From Macrostomum hystrix (taxonomy: Eukaryota > Animalia > Platyhelminthes), in NCBI GenBank assembly GCA_950097015.1, contig CATNEN010000010.1, positions 2,790,001-2,854,000 of the forward strand: a DNA stretch of 64,000 bases, in the 5' to 3' direction. The notes under the pieces were generated by a model that made no database searches, was not told the origin of the DNA, and saw only the letters and a program-made list of their open reading frames with translations. Of this stretch, positions 12,205 through 23,964 are shown piece by piece (position 1 is the stretch's first letter; the number at the start of each line of letters is the position of its first letter). A program made the translations under genes and the position numbers.

Positions 12205-13650
12205 AGGGGAGAATGGGAGAATTGGAGAATGGGAGAATCGGAGAATGGGAGAATTGGAGAATTGGAGAATGGGACAATGGAAGAATGGGAGAATCGGAGA
12301 ATGGGAGAATTGGAGAATTGGAGAATTGGAGAATGGGACAATGGAAGAATGGGAGAATCGGAGAATGGGAGAATTGGAGAATGGGAGAATTGGAGAATGG
12401 GAGAATGGGAGAATAGGAGAATCGGAGAATTGGAGAAACGGAGAATTGGAGAATGGGAGAATCGGAGAATAGGAGAATTGGAGAATTGGAGAATGGGACA
12501 ATGGAAGAATGGGAGAATCGGAGAATGGGAGAATTGGAGAATGGGAGAATGGGAGAATAGGAGAATGGGAGAATAGGAGAATCGGAGAATTGGAGAAACG
12601 GAGAATTGGAGAATGGGAGAATTGGAGAATTGGAGAATGGGACAATGGAAGAATGGGAGAATCGGAGAATGGGAGAATTGGAGAATGGGAGAATTGGAGA
12701 ATGGGAGAATCGGAGAATGGGAGAATCGAAGAATTGGAGAATCGGAGAATTGGAGAAACGGAGAATTGGAGAATTGGAGAATCGGAGAATGGGAGAATTG
12801 GAGAATGGGAGAATTGGAGAATGGGAGAATGGGAGAAAGGGAGAAAGGGAGAATGGGAGAATCGGAGAATGGGAGAATTGGAGAATGGGAGAATGGGAGA
12901 AAGGGAGAATGGGAGAATGGGAGAATGGGAGAAAGGGAGAATTTTAGAATGGGAGAATCGGAGAATGGGAGAATTGGAGAATGGGAGAATGGGAGAATGG
13001 GAGAATGGGAGAAAGGGAGAATTTTAGAATGGGAGAATCGGAGAATGGGAGAATCGGAGAATGGGAGAATCGGAGAATGGGAGAATTGGAGAATGGGAGA
13101 ATGGGAGAAAGGGAGAATTTTAGAATGGGAGAATTGGAGAATGGGAGAATTGGAGAATTGGAGAATTGGAGAATGGGAGAATCGGAGAATGGGAGAATCG
13201 GAGAATTGTAGAAACGGAGAATTGGAGAATGGGAGAATCGGAGAATGGGAGAATTGGAGAATTGGAGAATTGGAGAATGGGAGAATTGGAGAATGGGAGA
13301 ATTGGAGAATGGGAGAATTGGAGAATGGGAGAATTTTAGAATGGGAGAATTGGAGAATGGGAGAATTGGAGAATTGGAGAATTGGAGAATGGGAGAATTG
13401 GAGAATGGGAGAATTGGAGAATGGGAGAATTTTAGAATGGGAGAATTGGAGAATGGGAGAATTGGAGAATTGGAGAATTGGAGAATGGGAGAGTCGGAGA
13501 ATGGGAGAATTGGAGAATGGGAGAATCGGAGAATGGGAGAATTGGAGAATGGGAGAATTGGAGAATCTGTGAATGGGCGAAGGGGAGAATTGGAGAATGG
13601 GAGAATTGGAGAATCTGTGAATGGGCGAAGGGGAGAATGGGAGAATTGAC
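12205..13650. repeat. Purine-rich satellite built from 8-9-bp GGAGAAT(T/G/C) units
   Basis: Read directly; it produces the spurious 540-aa SPIL-repeat ORF on the minus strand. Confidence 0.95.
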
Positions 13651-14892
13651 GAGGAGGAGAAGGGAAGAATTGAATAAAAAAATTCGAACGGAAGAAACCC
13701 AGGGGGGTAAAAGGTCATCAGGGGAGTTTGAAGATTTGGGACGTGAGGCAAGCGAAGGGAGGAATGGACAAAGGAGTGTTAGAGCAGGGGGAATCAACCC
13801 TATAGATTCCCATCAATGCTAGATGCTGGGTGGTAGAATGGATGCTTTTATTTAGAAGCGAAAGTACGAATAAGTTTCGAAGAGAGCTACTTCCATTTCC
13901 TAAAAAATGCCGAACACCAATAAAATGAGGCAATTGAGCACGAATCGCGAAGTCCGCATAGCAGACTGCCAGTGCCGTAGTTGCTATGCAATTATGCACA
14001 GTAGACAGCCAGCTTATAGGATGTGGCACAGGCTGCAGCTTGGCATTTGGGAAGTGTATAGCAGTTCGCTAATAGCGCAGCTGCCATTTCCTATCGTCTT
14101 ATCCCGGCAGTTTCTAAGCAATTCAGCAGCGCTGAGATTTCCCGTTTCACATTCCTCGGCAGTCTAGCAGCTTTGGGAGGCTGGGCAAAAAATGTCTTTT
14201 CAAAGCAAGAAGGAACGAAAAACAATTCCGCAGCTGCAGTTTGCTCAACAGCTGTCGCCAAGCCTCAGCCAGGTAGAGTGGATCGCATTCTTACGGGGAT
14301 TTTATCCTGTGTGAGGGGAACAGGCGCTGGGACGACACGAACAACGGGAAAGCAAAGACGGCTTTTCTGTGATTCCCGCTGAAGCCGGGCAGACCCTCAG
14401 CAACTGCGGGGAGGCTGAGGGCCGATGATGGCCGCATGCGCACAAGAGCCTCCCCCGCTGCCTTAATGACCCGCTCGGCAACCACCCCCTCCGCACCGCT
14501 GCATTCCGCTGCACAGGCGACTTCGGCGCAGCCTGAAGGACAAGCGTCAGCTGACGGGCCCGCAACCGCCTGGCAGCAGCCGAAACTTTTAGAACAGTTT
14601 TTTTAGAACAGGATCAGGGCTCTTCAGCCGAGGGGCTGGGAGGCGAAAAGCAATGTCCAGGCAGATACTAGCGGCTGCCTTTCTCAGCATTTCGAGTCCA
14701 GAAAGACTTCAATGTCAAAAGGAAATCGCTGCAGGAATTAAATGCCTTATAAACTAAACTATGAGTGAAGCTTTATGACTTTGCTATATTGAGCCAGCAA
14801 CCATTGTGCAATCAGTATTAAATTTTAAGTTTTAATCATGCAATGTGAATTGTTTGAATTTGACACATCACCGAATATGATCAAGGCCGCTT

Positions 14893-15730
14893 GACAACTC
14901 CGAAATCGCTCCTCTACAACAGATAATCCGCTCCTCTACCACTGAGAATCCGCTTCTCTACCACACAGAATCCGCTTCTCTACCACACAGAATCCACCCT
15001 GAGCATCCGCTCCTCTACCAGTGAGCACCCGCTCCTCTACCACCGAGCATCCGCTCCTCTACCACTCAGAATCCGCTCCTCTATCACTGAGAATCCGCTC
15101 CTCTACCACACAGAATCCGCTTCTCTACCACACAGAATCCACCCTGAGCATCCGCTCCTCTACCAGTGAGCACCCGCTCCTCTACCACCGAGCATCCGCT
15201 CCTCTACCACTCAGAATCCGCTCCTCTATCACTGAGAATCCGCTCCTCTACCACTGAGAATCCGCTCCTCTACCACTGAGAATCCGCTTCTCTACCCCCG
15301 AGCATCCGCGCTCCTCTACCACTGAGCATCCGCTCCTCTACCACTGAGCATCCGCTCCTCTACCACTGAGCATCCGCTCCTCTACCACTGAGCATCCGCT
15401 CCTCTACCACTGAGAATCCGCTCCTCTACCACTGAGAATCCGCTCCTCTACCACCGAGCATCCGCTCCTCTACCACTGAGAATCCGCTCCTCTACCACTG
15501 AGAATCCGCTCCTCTACCGCTGAGAATCCGCTCCTCTACTACTGAGAATCCGCTCCTCTACCACTGAGAATCCGCTCCTCTACCACTGAGAATCCGCTCC
15601 TCTACCGCTGAGAATCCGCTCCTCTACCACTGAGAATCCGCTCCTCTACCACTGAGAATCCGCTCCTCTACCACCGAGCATCCGCTCCTCTACCACTGAG
15701 AATCCGCTCCTCTACCACTCAAAATCCGCC
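14893..15730. repeat. 22-bp minisatellite, right arm (reverse complement of the left array)
   Basis: Unit TACCACTGAGAATCCGCTCCTC. Confidence 0.95.
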
Positions 15731-16099
15731 CTTTACCCAATTAGCCTTCGACTGCTGACTGCAGTCAATCTGAAGACGCGGATGCAACAGCAGAGTTGCA
15801 AGCTGAGTCCCCTGCAGTTGCTGTGGCAACAGTCTCTTCACCTGCAGCTGCTTATGACGCCGGTGACAGTCATGTGGTCGGATCCGTCACCGGGAAATAA
15901 ACAACTTTGGTGTGCCAAACCGATGGACAGCGGCTGCTAAGTGGACATTGTGGTCTTTCCAGGAATGCAGGGGACCCAATGAAGCCACTCCTACAGCTTT
16001 TGTTTATTTTCAATGCGATTTGCAGGCACGAATTCAAATAGGCAAAGAATAACTGGCTGACTGGCTGATTAGACAGGCAGGAATTCAAGGATGTGAGAT

Positions 16100-17008
16100 T
16101 ATGGAGTCACAGCTCTGACTGCTCACATCTCATCATGGAGTCACAGCTCAGACTGCTCACATCTCATCATGGAGTCACAGCTCAGACTGCTCACATCTCA
16201 TGGAGTCACAGCTTAGACTGCTCACATCTCATTGGAGTCACAGCTCAGACTGCTCACATCTCATGGAGTCACAGCTCAGAATGCTCACATCTCATGGAGT
16301 CACAGCTCAGACTGCTCACATCTCATGGAGTCACAGCTCAGACTGCTCACATCTCATGGAGTCACAGCTCAGACTGCTCACATCTCATGGAGTCACAGCT
16401 CAGAATGCTCACATCTCATGGAGTCACAGCTCAGACTGCTCACATCTCATGGAGTCACAGCTCAGACTGCTCACATCTCATAGAGTCACAGCTCAGACTG
16501 CTCACATCTCATGGAGTCACAGCTCAGACTGCTCACATCTCATGGAGTCACAGCTCAGACTGCTCACATCTCATGGAGTCACAGCTCAGAATGCTCACAT
16601 CTCATGGAGTCACTGCTCAGACTGCTCACATCTCATGGAGTCACTGCTCAGACTGCTCACATCTCATCATGGAGTCACAGCTCAGACTGCTCACATCTCA
16701 TCATGTAGTCACAGCTCAGACTGCTCACATCTCATGGAGTCACTGCTCAGACTGCTCACATCTCATCATGGAGTCACTGCTCAGACTGCTCACATCTCAT
16801 GGAGTCACTGCTCAGACTGCTCACATCTCATGGAGTCACAGCTCAGACTGCTCACATCTCATGGAGTCACAGCTCAGACTGCTCACATCTCATGGAGTCA
16901 CTGCTCAGACTGCTCACATCTCATGGAGTCACAGCTCAGACTGCTCACATCTCATCATGTAGTCACAGCTCAGACTGCTCACATCTCATCATGGAGTCAC
17001 AGCTCAGA
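16100..17008. repeat. 31-bp minisatellite, right arm (about 29 copies)
   Basis: Unit ATGGAGTCACAGCTCAGACTGCTCACATCTC. Confidence 0.95.
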
Positions 17009-18279
17009 CTGGCATGTCAGCAGTCCTGCACTGCATAGACCCAATTCAGACGGTCGCACGGAAGTCAAAATGATTTCGGCCTCTGCATTTACTGCCTCGC
17101 TGCATACAAATCGAAGCACTCGAGACAAATAATGGGTCTGCAGTGAAAGTCGTGTTCTTGGGATTCTGTTCCCACATGTTATTTCCGATGCTACATCAGA
17201 CCGGCCTCCCATTCCCTCACTCGCTGCCTTGTCTCTCCGCCTTCCACTTTGCTTGATGATGACAGGTGCAACAATACAAGCCATTGCGTCTTGCTTCTTC
17301 TTGTCTTCTCGTCTTCCCGGGCAATGCAGCGTCTGCTTTCTCGACCCCGCAGCCACCCCCGCGCGGGCCTCCGCAGACTGCAAAAAACAAGGCCAACAGT
17401 CACGCCAGAGGGGAGGGACAAGAAGGCGCTGGGGCTGATGAAAAAGTCTTGGATAACAAAATATATGGAGGCCTGGGAAATCGAAATTGTCATGTCCGCC
17501 GTTTGCGGCTCCGTTATTGACTCCGCCATTGTGTCAAAGCTGGGACTGGGTGGAACACGAACTGACTGCACTGGACAGAAGATGGGGAGTCTGCCAGGAC
17601 CTGCGCAATTTTCAGCTGCACCTGCCGCTGTGGGATCTATTTTGGGAATATTGTGGGACCGCCAGCGGGGGATCTTTGGGATCAGACACGCCTCGCGGAT
17701 CTGCACAGTCCAGCTTGAGGATCTATTAGTGAATGATTGAGGAAGCATGAAATCCCCTGCCATTTTCGTCTGTCACACAGTTTCCCCAAACTTAATTCCA
17801 GAGCTGCTGGGTTTGCTAGCCGCTGGATTGCAAGTTGATCGAGGCGGGCAGTCTGGGAGAGATGCCGCTAGCAGGTGCAGCGATGGCGCGTGTATTCTGT
17901 GACTGCGGACTGCATGAAAAATCACGGATTGCACACGACAGACATTGTGAAAACACTTGATGCAGCAATCTAGAAATACTTTGTAGTCTTAAATGGTTTC
18001 TAATTTTATGATGTACTGAGTTAAGTTTAGATTCAAATAGCTCTGCATAGGCATTGCTCTAATAATGGGACCCTTTGTTACATGACTTTTTTATGCTGTC
18101 TTACAGCAATCGGCGGGTTTTTGAGACCGCTGCATGGGCGGGCCTAGATTCTGAAATTTCCAGCAATTAATTTTATTGGATCCCAGTGAAGCGAAAGTTG
18201 CAATTACTCTATGATTGACCTCTGATTCTGAATTTTTTTTGGTAGATTTTAAATCACAGTCTCTTTTCACCTTCCCCTA

Positions 18280-18890
18280 CGTCTCCCCCCTTCCCCTGCA
18301 TTCTCAACCCACTTAACCTGCCTTCTCTCCCCCTTCCCCTACCGTTTCTCCTCTTAACCTACAATCTCTCTCCCTTCTCCTACCCTTTCTCCCCTTCCCC
18401 TGCCTTCTCTCCCCCTTCCCCTGCCTTTTCTTCTCCTTCCCCTACCTTCCTTCTCTCCCCTTCCCCCACCTTTTCTTCCCTTCCCCTACATTCAATCTCC
18501 CTTCCCCTACCTTCTCTCCCCTTCCCCTACCTTTTCTCCCTTCCCCTACCTTCTCTCCCCTTCCCCTACCTTCTCCCTCTCTTCCCCTACCATTTCTCCC
18601 CCTTCCCCTACCTTCTCTCCCCTTCCCCTACCTTCTCTCCCCTTCCCCTACCTTCTCCCTCTCTTCCCCTACCATTTCTCCCCCTTCCCCTACCTTCTCT
18701 CCCCTTCCCCTACCTTCTCTCCCCTTCCCCTACCATTTCTCCCCCTTCCCCTACCTTCTCTCCCCTTACCCCACCTTTTCTCCCCTTCCCCTACATTCTC
18801 TTCCCTTCCCTTACCATTTCTCCCCCTTCCCCTCCTTTCCTCTCCCTTCGTCTACCTTTTCTTCCCTTCCCACCTTCTTCCCCTTCTTGC
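18280..18890. repeat. Polypyrimidine 21-22-bp degenerate minisatellite
   Basis: CCTTCCCCTACCTTCTCTCCC-like units. Confidence 0.9.
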
Positions 18891-19514
18891 CAGCCTTGCT
18901 CTACCTGAATGTTTTATCTCATTTAGCGTATTCTGTATTATATGTAACAATATCTTATCAGTTCTCTATCTAATTAGAAAAGCAAACTCAGCTTGGGTGC
19001 ATGCAGGACCGCCTGTGGATAAGACTTTTTATTTTCGTCTATTTTTTAACCAAAAAAACGGTGACGGCAGGGGGTCGCAGGCTCAGCACTATACACAGTC
19101 AGGCATTGAAAATGGCCGTTTCGAATTTTGCAGAATGAGATTAACGGCTTGTATTGAAGATTTGCATTGCGCAACATGCGCCTGCCCTGAAATGGTATGG
19201 AGTGCAAGGTCTAAAGGAAATTATTTTTATAGAGAGGTCTTGCAAGAGATTCGTTTGACAGTTGAATAATCTTGACAGGCGTTTCGTCATCCAAGGGTTA
19301 ATAAAAAAAGTTCTGAAAAGCTTTCTGCCTGTAAAAAATGGTTCCGTAGTAGATTGAAAAATATAGATTGGTATGTTCCTAATATCCTACCTGTCGACCT
19401 CTCATTCCAAATTTCTCCCCTCTACACCACCCTCACTCTTGCTTTCTCTCTCTCTACCTTTCGCCTTCTCTCTACCTCCCTTCCGGTCACTCTACTTCTA
19501 TTTCTCTCATTATA

Positions 19515-20010
19515 TCTCTCCCTTTCTCCCACTGCACCTCTCTTTCTCCCACTGCACCTCTCTTTCTCCCACTGCACCTCTCTTTCTCCCACTGTACCTC
19601 TCTTTCTCCCACTGCACCTCTCTTTCTCCCACTGCACCTCTCTTTCTCCCACTGCACCTCTCTTTCTCCCACTGCACCTCTCTTTCTCCCACTGCACCTC
19701 TCTTTCTCCCACTGCACCTCTCTTTCTCCCACTGCACCTCTCTTTCTCCCACTGCACCTCTCTTTCTCCCACTGCACCTCTCTTTCTCCCACTGTACCTC
19801 TCTTTCTCCCACTGAACCTCTCTTTCTCCCACTGTACCTCTCTTTCTCCCACTGCACCTCTCTTTCTCCCACTGTACCTCTCTTTCTCCCACTGCACCTC
19901 TCTTTCTCCCACTGTACCTCTCTTTCTCCCACTGTAACTCTCTATTCTTACCACTGTACCTCTCTATTCTTACCACTGTACCTCTCTATTCTTCCCACTG
20001 TACCTCTCTT
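19515..20010. repeat. 20-bp minisatellite
   Basis: Unit ACTG(C/T)ACCTCTCTTTCTCCC. Confidence 0.95.
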
Positions 20011-20436
20011 TCCCGCACTGTACCTTTATTCCTCACGTTCTATCCCTCTCTTTCTCTCACTCTGCCTCTCTTTTTCCTCCAGCCTACTACCCAATCAATA
20101 TTTGACCGACAAAACCTAGCTTGCACATCTCTTCCTGTCATCTTATTTACCTGGCTCCAAACCTGCATCCCTATTCCCCATTTTCTAATCCCCACACGGG
20201 TGCCGCAGATCAAACATAAATGCCCAGAGCTTCAACTAAGCATAGCTTTTTACTGTCAAAGACAGGGCACGCGGCAATCATTTCTGCCATCAATTTCCTT
20301 CTTTTACTTTTTTCTAACTTTTCTAAGAACAGAAACTAAAATCCCCATTAGCCCCAACGCCTCCCTCCACGGAAATTCACCAGCGGGATCCATTTTCGGC
20401 ACCAGATCCGCACCCCACATCCCAAATCCCTGCGGA

Positions 20437-20619
20437 CCAATCGGGGCAGGGCGAGTTTGACAGGCGGAATTGCCGGCCAATGGACCGCCCGCCACCGGCC
20501 TGCAGACCCCGGCCCAGCGCCCGCAGCCCACCCCTCCGCCCCGGCAGGCGCGCCGCCCGGGCTATAATGTATGGGAGCAAATGTTGCAGACAACTGGCCA
20601 CTTCCCTGAGCAGCAGCTG
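20437..20619 (+). promoter_or_regulatory. Candidate MyoD proximal promoter
   Basis: CCAAT at 20437 and 20477, several CCGCCC GC boxes, TATAAT at 20563, and E-boxes CAACTG (20591) and CAGCTG (20614) upstream of the ATG at 20833. These are motif matches only. Confidence 0.35.
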
Positions 20620-20832
20620 ACGAGCAGGCGTCTCTCGAACAGTCCCGGCCTTTCTGCTTTCAACCGAAAAAGTCAAACAAAGTCAGAGTGGGACAGACAG
20701 AGAAGGGAAACGTTGCTGAAGTCGTTATTGAAGAGACACGCGCGCAGCTCCGTCCTTGAAAGCCTGTGCAGGCGCCTGTTGCTCCGGCTCAGCCTGTCCC
20801 GCGCCATCAAACGCCACCCCCTTCCAGCAGCC

Positions 20833-21225
20833 ATGCGCGATTGTCAATCCGGCTACGCGGTGCAGAGCTATTTCCCAGCCTGCGATCCTTCATCCTCAAC
20901 AACTGTTCTCACAACTGGCTGCGCCAGCCTGCAGGTATCAGCTGGCCTGTCAGCCTGTCCATTGCAGCAGCAGCAGCAGCAGGACCCGCTCAGCGGCGGA
21001 GGAGGAGGTTGCGGCGGCGGTAGCGGAGTCGCCGCTGCGGCCGCTGCAGCGGCGGCAGCTGCGGCGGCTGCCGCATCTATAAGTAGCCAGCAGGGAATTT
21101 GCAGCAATAATACTCAGCAGCAGCACCAGCAGCCACAGCACAATGGCCATGCCGCAGCCATTAACTCTTATCTGTACGGCCCAGCTGATTACTACGGCTC
21201 CTACTATGGCAGAGGATATCAGCAG
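20833..21225 (+). CDS. MyoD: MyoD-family gene, exon 1 (polyQ/polyA, low complexity)
   Basis: GCCATG start, open frame to the CAG|GTGAGA donor (phase 0). The start codon choice is inferred. Confidence 0.6.
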
Positions 21226-21325
21226 GTGAGAGAAGAACTGCTTCATGTTCTTTCAGTTCTCGAATGCTTTGTCGAACTTAAAACTTGACAGCCCATCCAC
21301 CCTCCTTCGCCCCTCCGCCCGCCAG

Positions 21326-21531
21326 CCGGACATGTTCTATGGTACACCGGCTGCGGCGGCCGCCTACGCAGGAGGTTACGCGGCCGTTGGCAGCTACCTG
21401 AGTCCGGCCAACTCCTACTCAAGCTCGCTGAGCTCACTCAGCCCGAAATTCGCGCATTCGCCAAATCTCAGTAGCTCCCTCATCAGCCTTCAGCAGCAGC
21501 AGCAGCAGCAGCAGCACCATCAGCATCAACT

Positions 21532-21565
<34 letters not shown>

Positions 21566-21997
21566 CAACATCAGCAGTCTCAGCCGCAGCTGCATCAGCT
21601 GCATCCTCAGCATCAGCAACATCATCAGCAGCACCAGCTCCAGCAGCAGCAGCAGCAGCATTTGATCCAGCAGCAGCACCCGCTGCAACAGCACCAACAG
21701 CAACAGCAGCAGCCGTCTGGTAGGAAGTCCGCAGACTGTCCCATCGCTACATCAGCCTCGACGCCTGCAGCATCAAAGTCGGCAGTACCCGCTGCCGCCG
21801 CTGCTTCAGCTGCCGTGACTTCCATTGCTCAGTCAGTGGACATTGACGCGAAGCCACCTCGGAAGCTTCTACCAGCTGCAGCCACAGCCGCTGCTGCGGA
21901 CCCTGTGGAGAGTCAACAGCAGCAGCTGCTGCCTCACCAAGGCGATCTGCAACATCAGCAGCAGCCACAGTTGCAGTGCCCGAATGGCAATCACAAG
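21326..21997 (+). CDS. MyoD: MyoD-family gene, exon 2 (long polyQ/H tract)
   Basis: Pyrimidine-rich acceptor ending CGCCAG at 21325 is in frame; AAG|GTAGGC donor at 21998. The acceptor choice is inferred. Confidence 0.7.
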
Positions 21998-22038
21998 GTA
22001 GGCTCACATTACATACAATACTACTCTTACTTATTAAC

Positions 22039-22375
22039 ACCAATCCTTTGATGAGCCGCCAGTCACCCCAATCCTTTGATGAGCCGCCAGTCACCCCAAT
22101 CCTTTGATGAGCCGCCAGTCACCCCAATCCTTTGATGAGCCGCCAGTCACCCCAATCCTTTGATGAGCCGCCAGTCACCCCAATCCTTTGATGAGCCGCC
22201 AGTCACCCCAATCCTTTGATGAGCCGCCAGTCACCCCAATTCTTCGATGAGCCGCCAGTCACCCCAATCCTTTGATGAGCCGCCAGTCACCCCAATCCTT
22301 TGATGAGCCGCCAGTCACCCCAATCCTTCGATGAGCCGCCAGTCACCCCAATCCTTTGATGAGCCGCCAGTCCGC
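22039..22375. repeat. 28-bp minisatellite in MyoD intron 2 (about 12 copies)
   Basis: Unit GAGCCGCCAGTCACCCCAATCCTTTGAT; period 28 (22053 to 22081). Confidence 0.95.
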
Positions 22376-22410
22376 ACGTACAAAGGCAACTCATTATCCA
22401 ACCCACTCAG

Positions 22411-22927
22411 GAGGAGCACGTGGTTGCCCCCGGCGGCCATGGCAAGTGCCTGCTGTGGGCCTGCAAGGCCTGCAAGAAGAAGACGATCACGGTGGACCGG
22501 CGCAAGGCTGCCACGATGCGCGAGCGCCGCCGGCTGCGCAAAGTCAATGACGCATTCGAGGCGTTGAAGCGGCGAACCAGCGCCAACCCGAGCCAACGCA
22601 TGCCGAAGGTGGAGATCCTGCGCCAGGCCATCGAGTACATAGAGTGCCTGGAGGACATGCTGCACAGGGCAGGCAAGTCCGTCGCCAAGATCTCCTGCGA
22701 CCTCAGCGGCAGCCTCGACCTCGGCAAGTCGACGGCTTCGGCCGGCTCCCGAGTCAAGATGGAGGGAAAGCCCGGCGCCGAGGACTCTGATGACACCAGG
22801 ATGGACCAGGACGGCGAGGATGACGACGAGGAGGACGATGACGACGACGAGGAGGAGGAGGAGGGCGGAAACCGCGGCGAAGTGTCGCACTGGAAGTCGC
22901 GCCGGCACGAAACGTACATGTCTCTCG
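22411..22927 (+). CDS. MyoD: MyoD-family gene, exon 3: basic (His/Cys) region and bHLH
   Basis: [56 protein letters not shown]...[13 protein letters not shown] carries the diagnostic myogenic [12 protein letters not shown] motif; GTGAGT donor at 22928. Confidence 0.95.
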
Positions 22928-23118
22928 GTGAGTTGTCGAGTGACCAATAAACTAAAGTCTAGTTTAGATTTTCTAGGAAAATCAGAAATGTTTCTTCGAG
23001 TTTTAAAAAAGTTCTTAGAAAAGTTCGATAAAATCTGCATTAAAGTACATGTGTACTTTTAGCGTGTGTCTTAAAGTGCATTACAAATCCTGAACAAAAC
23101 CCAAAACTGACATTCCAG

Positions 23119-23246
23119 GCTTTGAGTGCGGCGGCTCCTCCGTGCCAGACGAGGTGAGCAGCCTGAACCGGCTCAGCTCAATTGTTGAGAACATCTCGCC
23201 CAAGACTAACCCGACCCTGCTCACCCACCTGGAGGCGGCGAATTAA
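23119..23246 (+). CDS. MyoD: MyoD-family gene, exon 4 with helix III
   Basis: Phase-1 splice gives GFECGGSSVPDEVSSLNRLSSIVENISPK...AAN*, matching the MRF helix III motif SSLDCLSSIVERIS. The predicted protein is 569 aa. Confidence 0.9.
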
Positions 23247-23964
23247 CTATGAAAAATGCTTTGACTCGATTCGACTCAAATTTGACAGCTTTTGATAAAT
23301 ATGAGTAAATATGAGTTTGATCATGCTTCTATTTGATAATTAGAAAATGTAATGCAAAACGGAGCCCTGCTCTGTTTAACCAGCCTCTGTAATGCTAGCT
23401 TGCTCTTTGACTGTACAGAAATCCACAGCCCGGCTCACGTATATTGGTGGACTTTTTCTAAGAAAGGTAGCTTATTTTAATGGCAGTTGTCTGCACTTTG
23501 TAATCTCACGCAAAACCACCACTGCAAGTTGTCACACTGTTCAGTCAGTAAATTCTCAATGCTTTTGTGTCAGCCTTTTTACTTTTAAGTTTGTCTTCCT
23601 GACAGAAGTGTAAAAAATTAACTTTTTTATTAGCTACAATTTTGGCCTTGAAAATTATAACAAAATTTACGGTGTGGCGATGCACGACTAGCGCCGCAAC
23701 GGCATGCCAGACACAAAAACGCATGACCTTTTAGTCTTCTTGTAATTTCTGGTTTGTGTCCATGACCAACCAGCAAACTTGCACAGTGATTACATTGATG
23801 GCTTGCTAGCCATGGACTTCTATACCATTTTCGGACATTGTGTAATAGAAGGCAGATTTTAGGAGCTGCAAATTTGCCAATTTCAAAGAAACTGCTTTTT
23901 GTGCCATTAAGGTACTCCATGCAGCATTCAGGCTAAGGCTAATATATACAGGACAACTTCTCAC

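Larger units (their letters stand above)
14893..17731. repeat. Inverted repeat 1, right near-identical arm
   Basis: Same modules in mirror order; ORF-track twins (9151..9537+ vs 16997..17383-; 10158..10376+ vs 15870..16088-) confirm the match. Confidence 0.95.

Noticed and set aside
12129-13822. 540-aa and other long ORFs in the GGAGAAT satellite
   Set aside because: They arise from stop-free short repeats; the peptides cycle through frames.
8795-17739. 8-bp TSD (AATGATTT / AATGATTG) implying a 8.9-kb Foldback transposon
   Set aside because: AATGATT is nearly its own reverse complement, and diverged inverted homology continues outside these points, so the match is better explained as old arm homology.
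21226-21256. 31-nt MyoD intron 1 using the acceptor at 21256
   Set aside because: It is in frame but very short; the acceptor at 21325 gives a 100-nt intron with a better pyrimidine tract.
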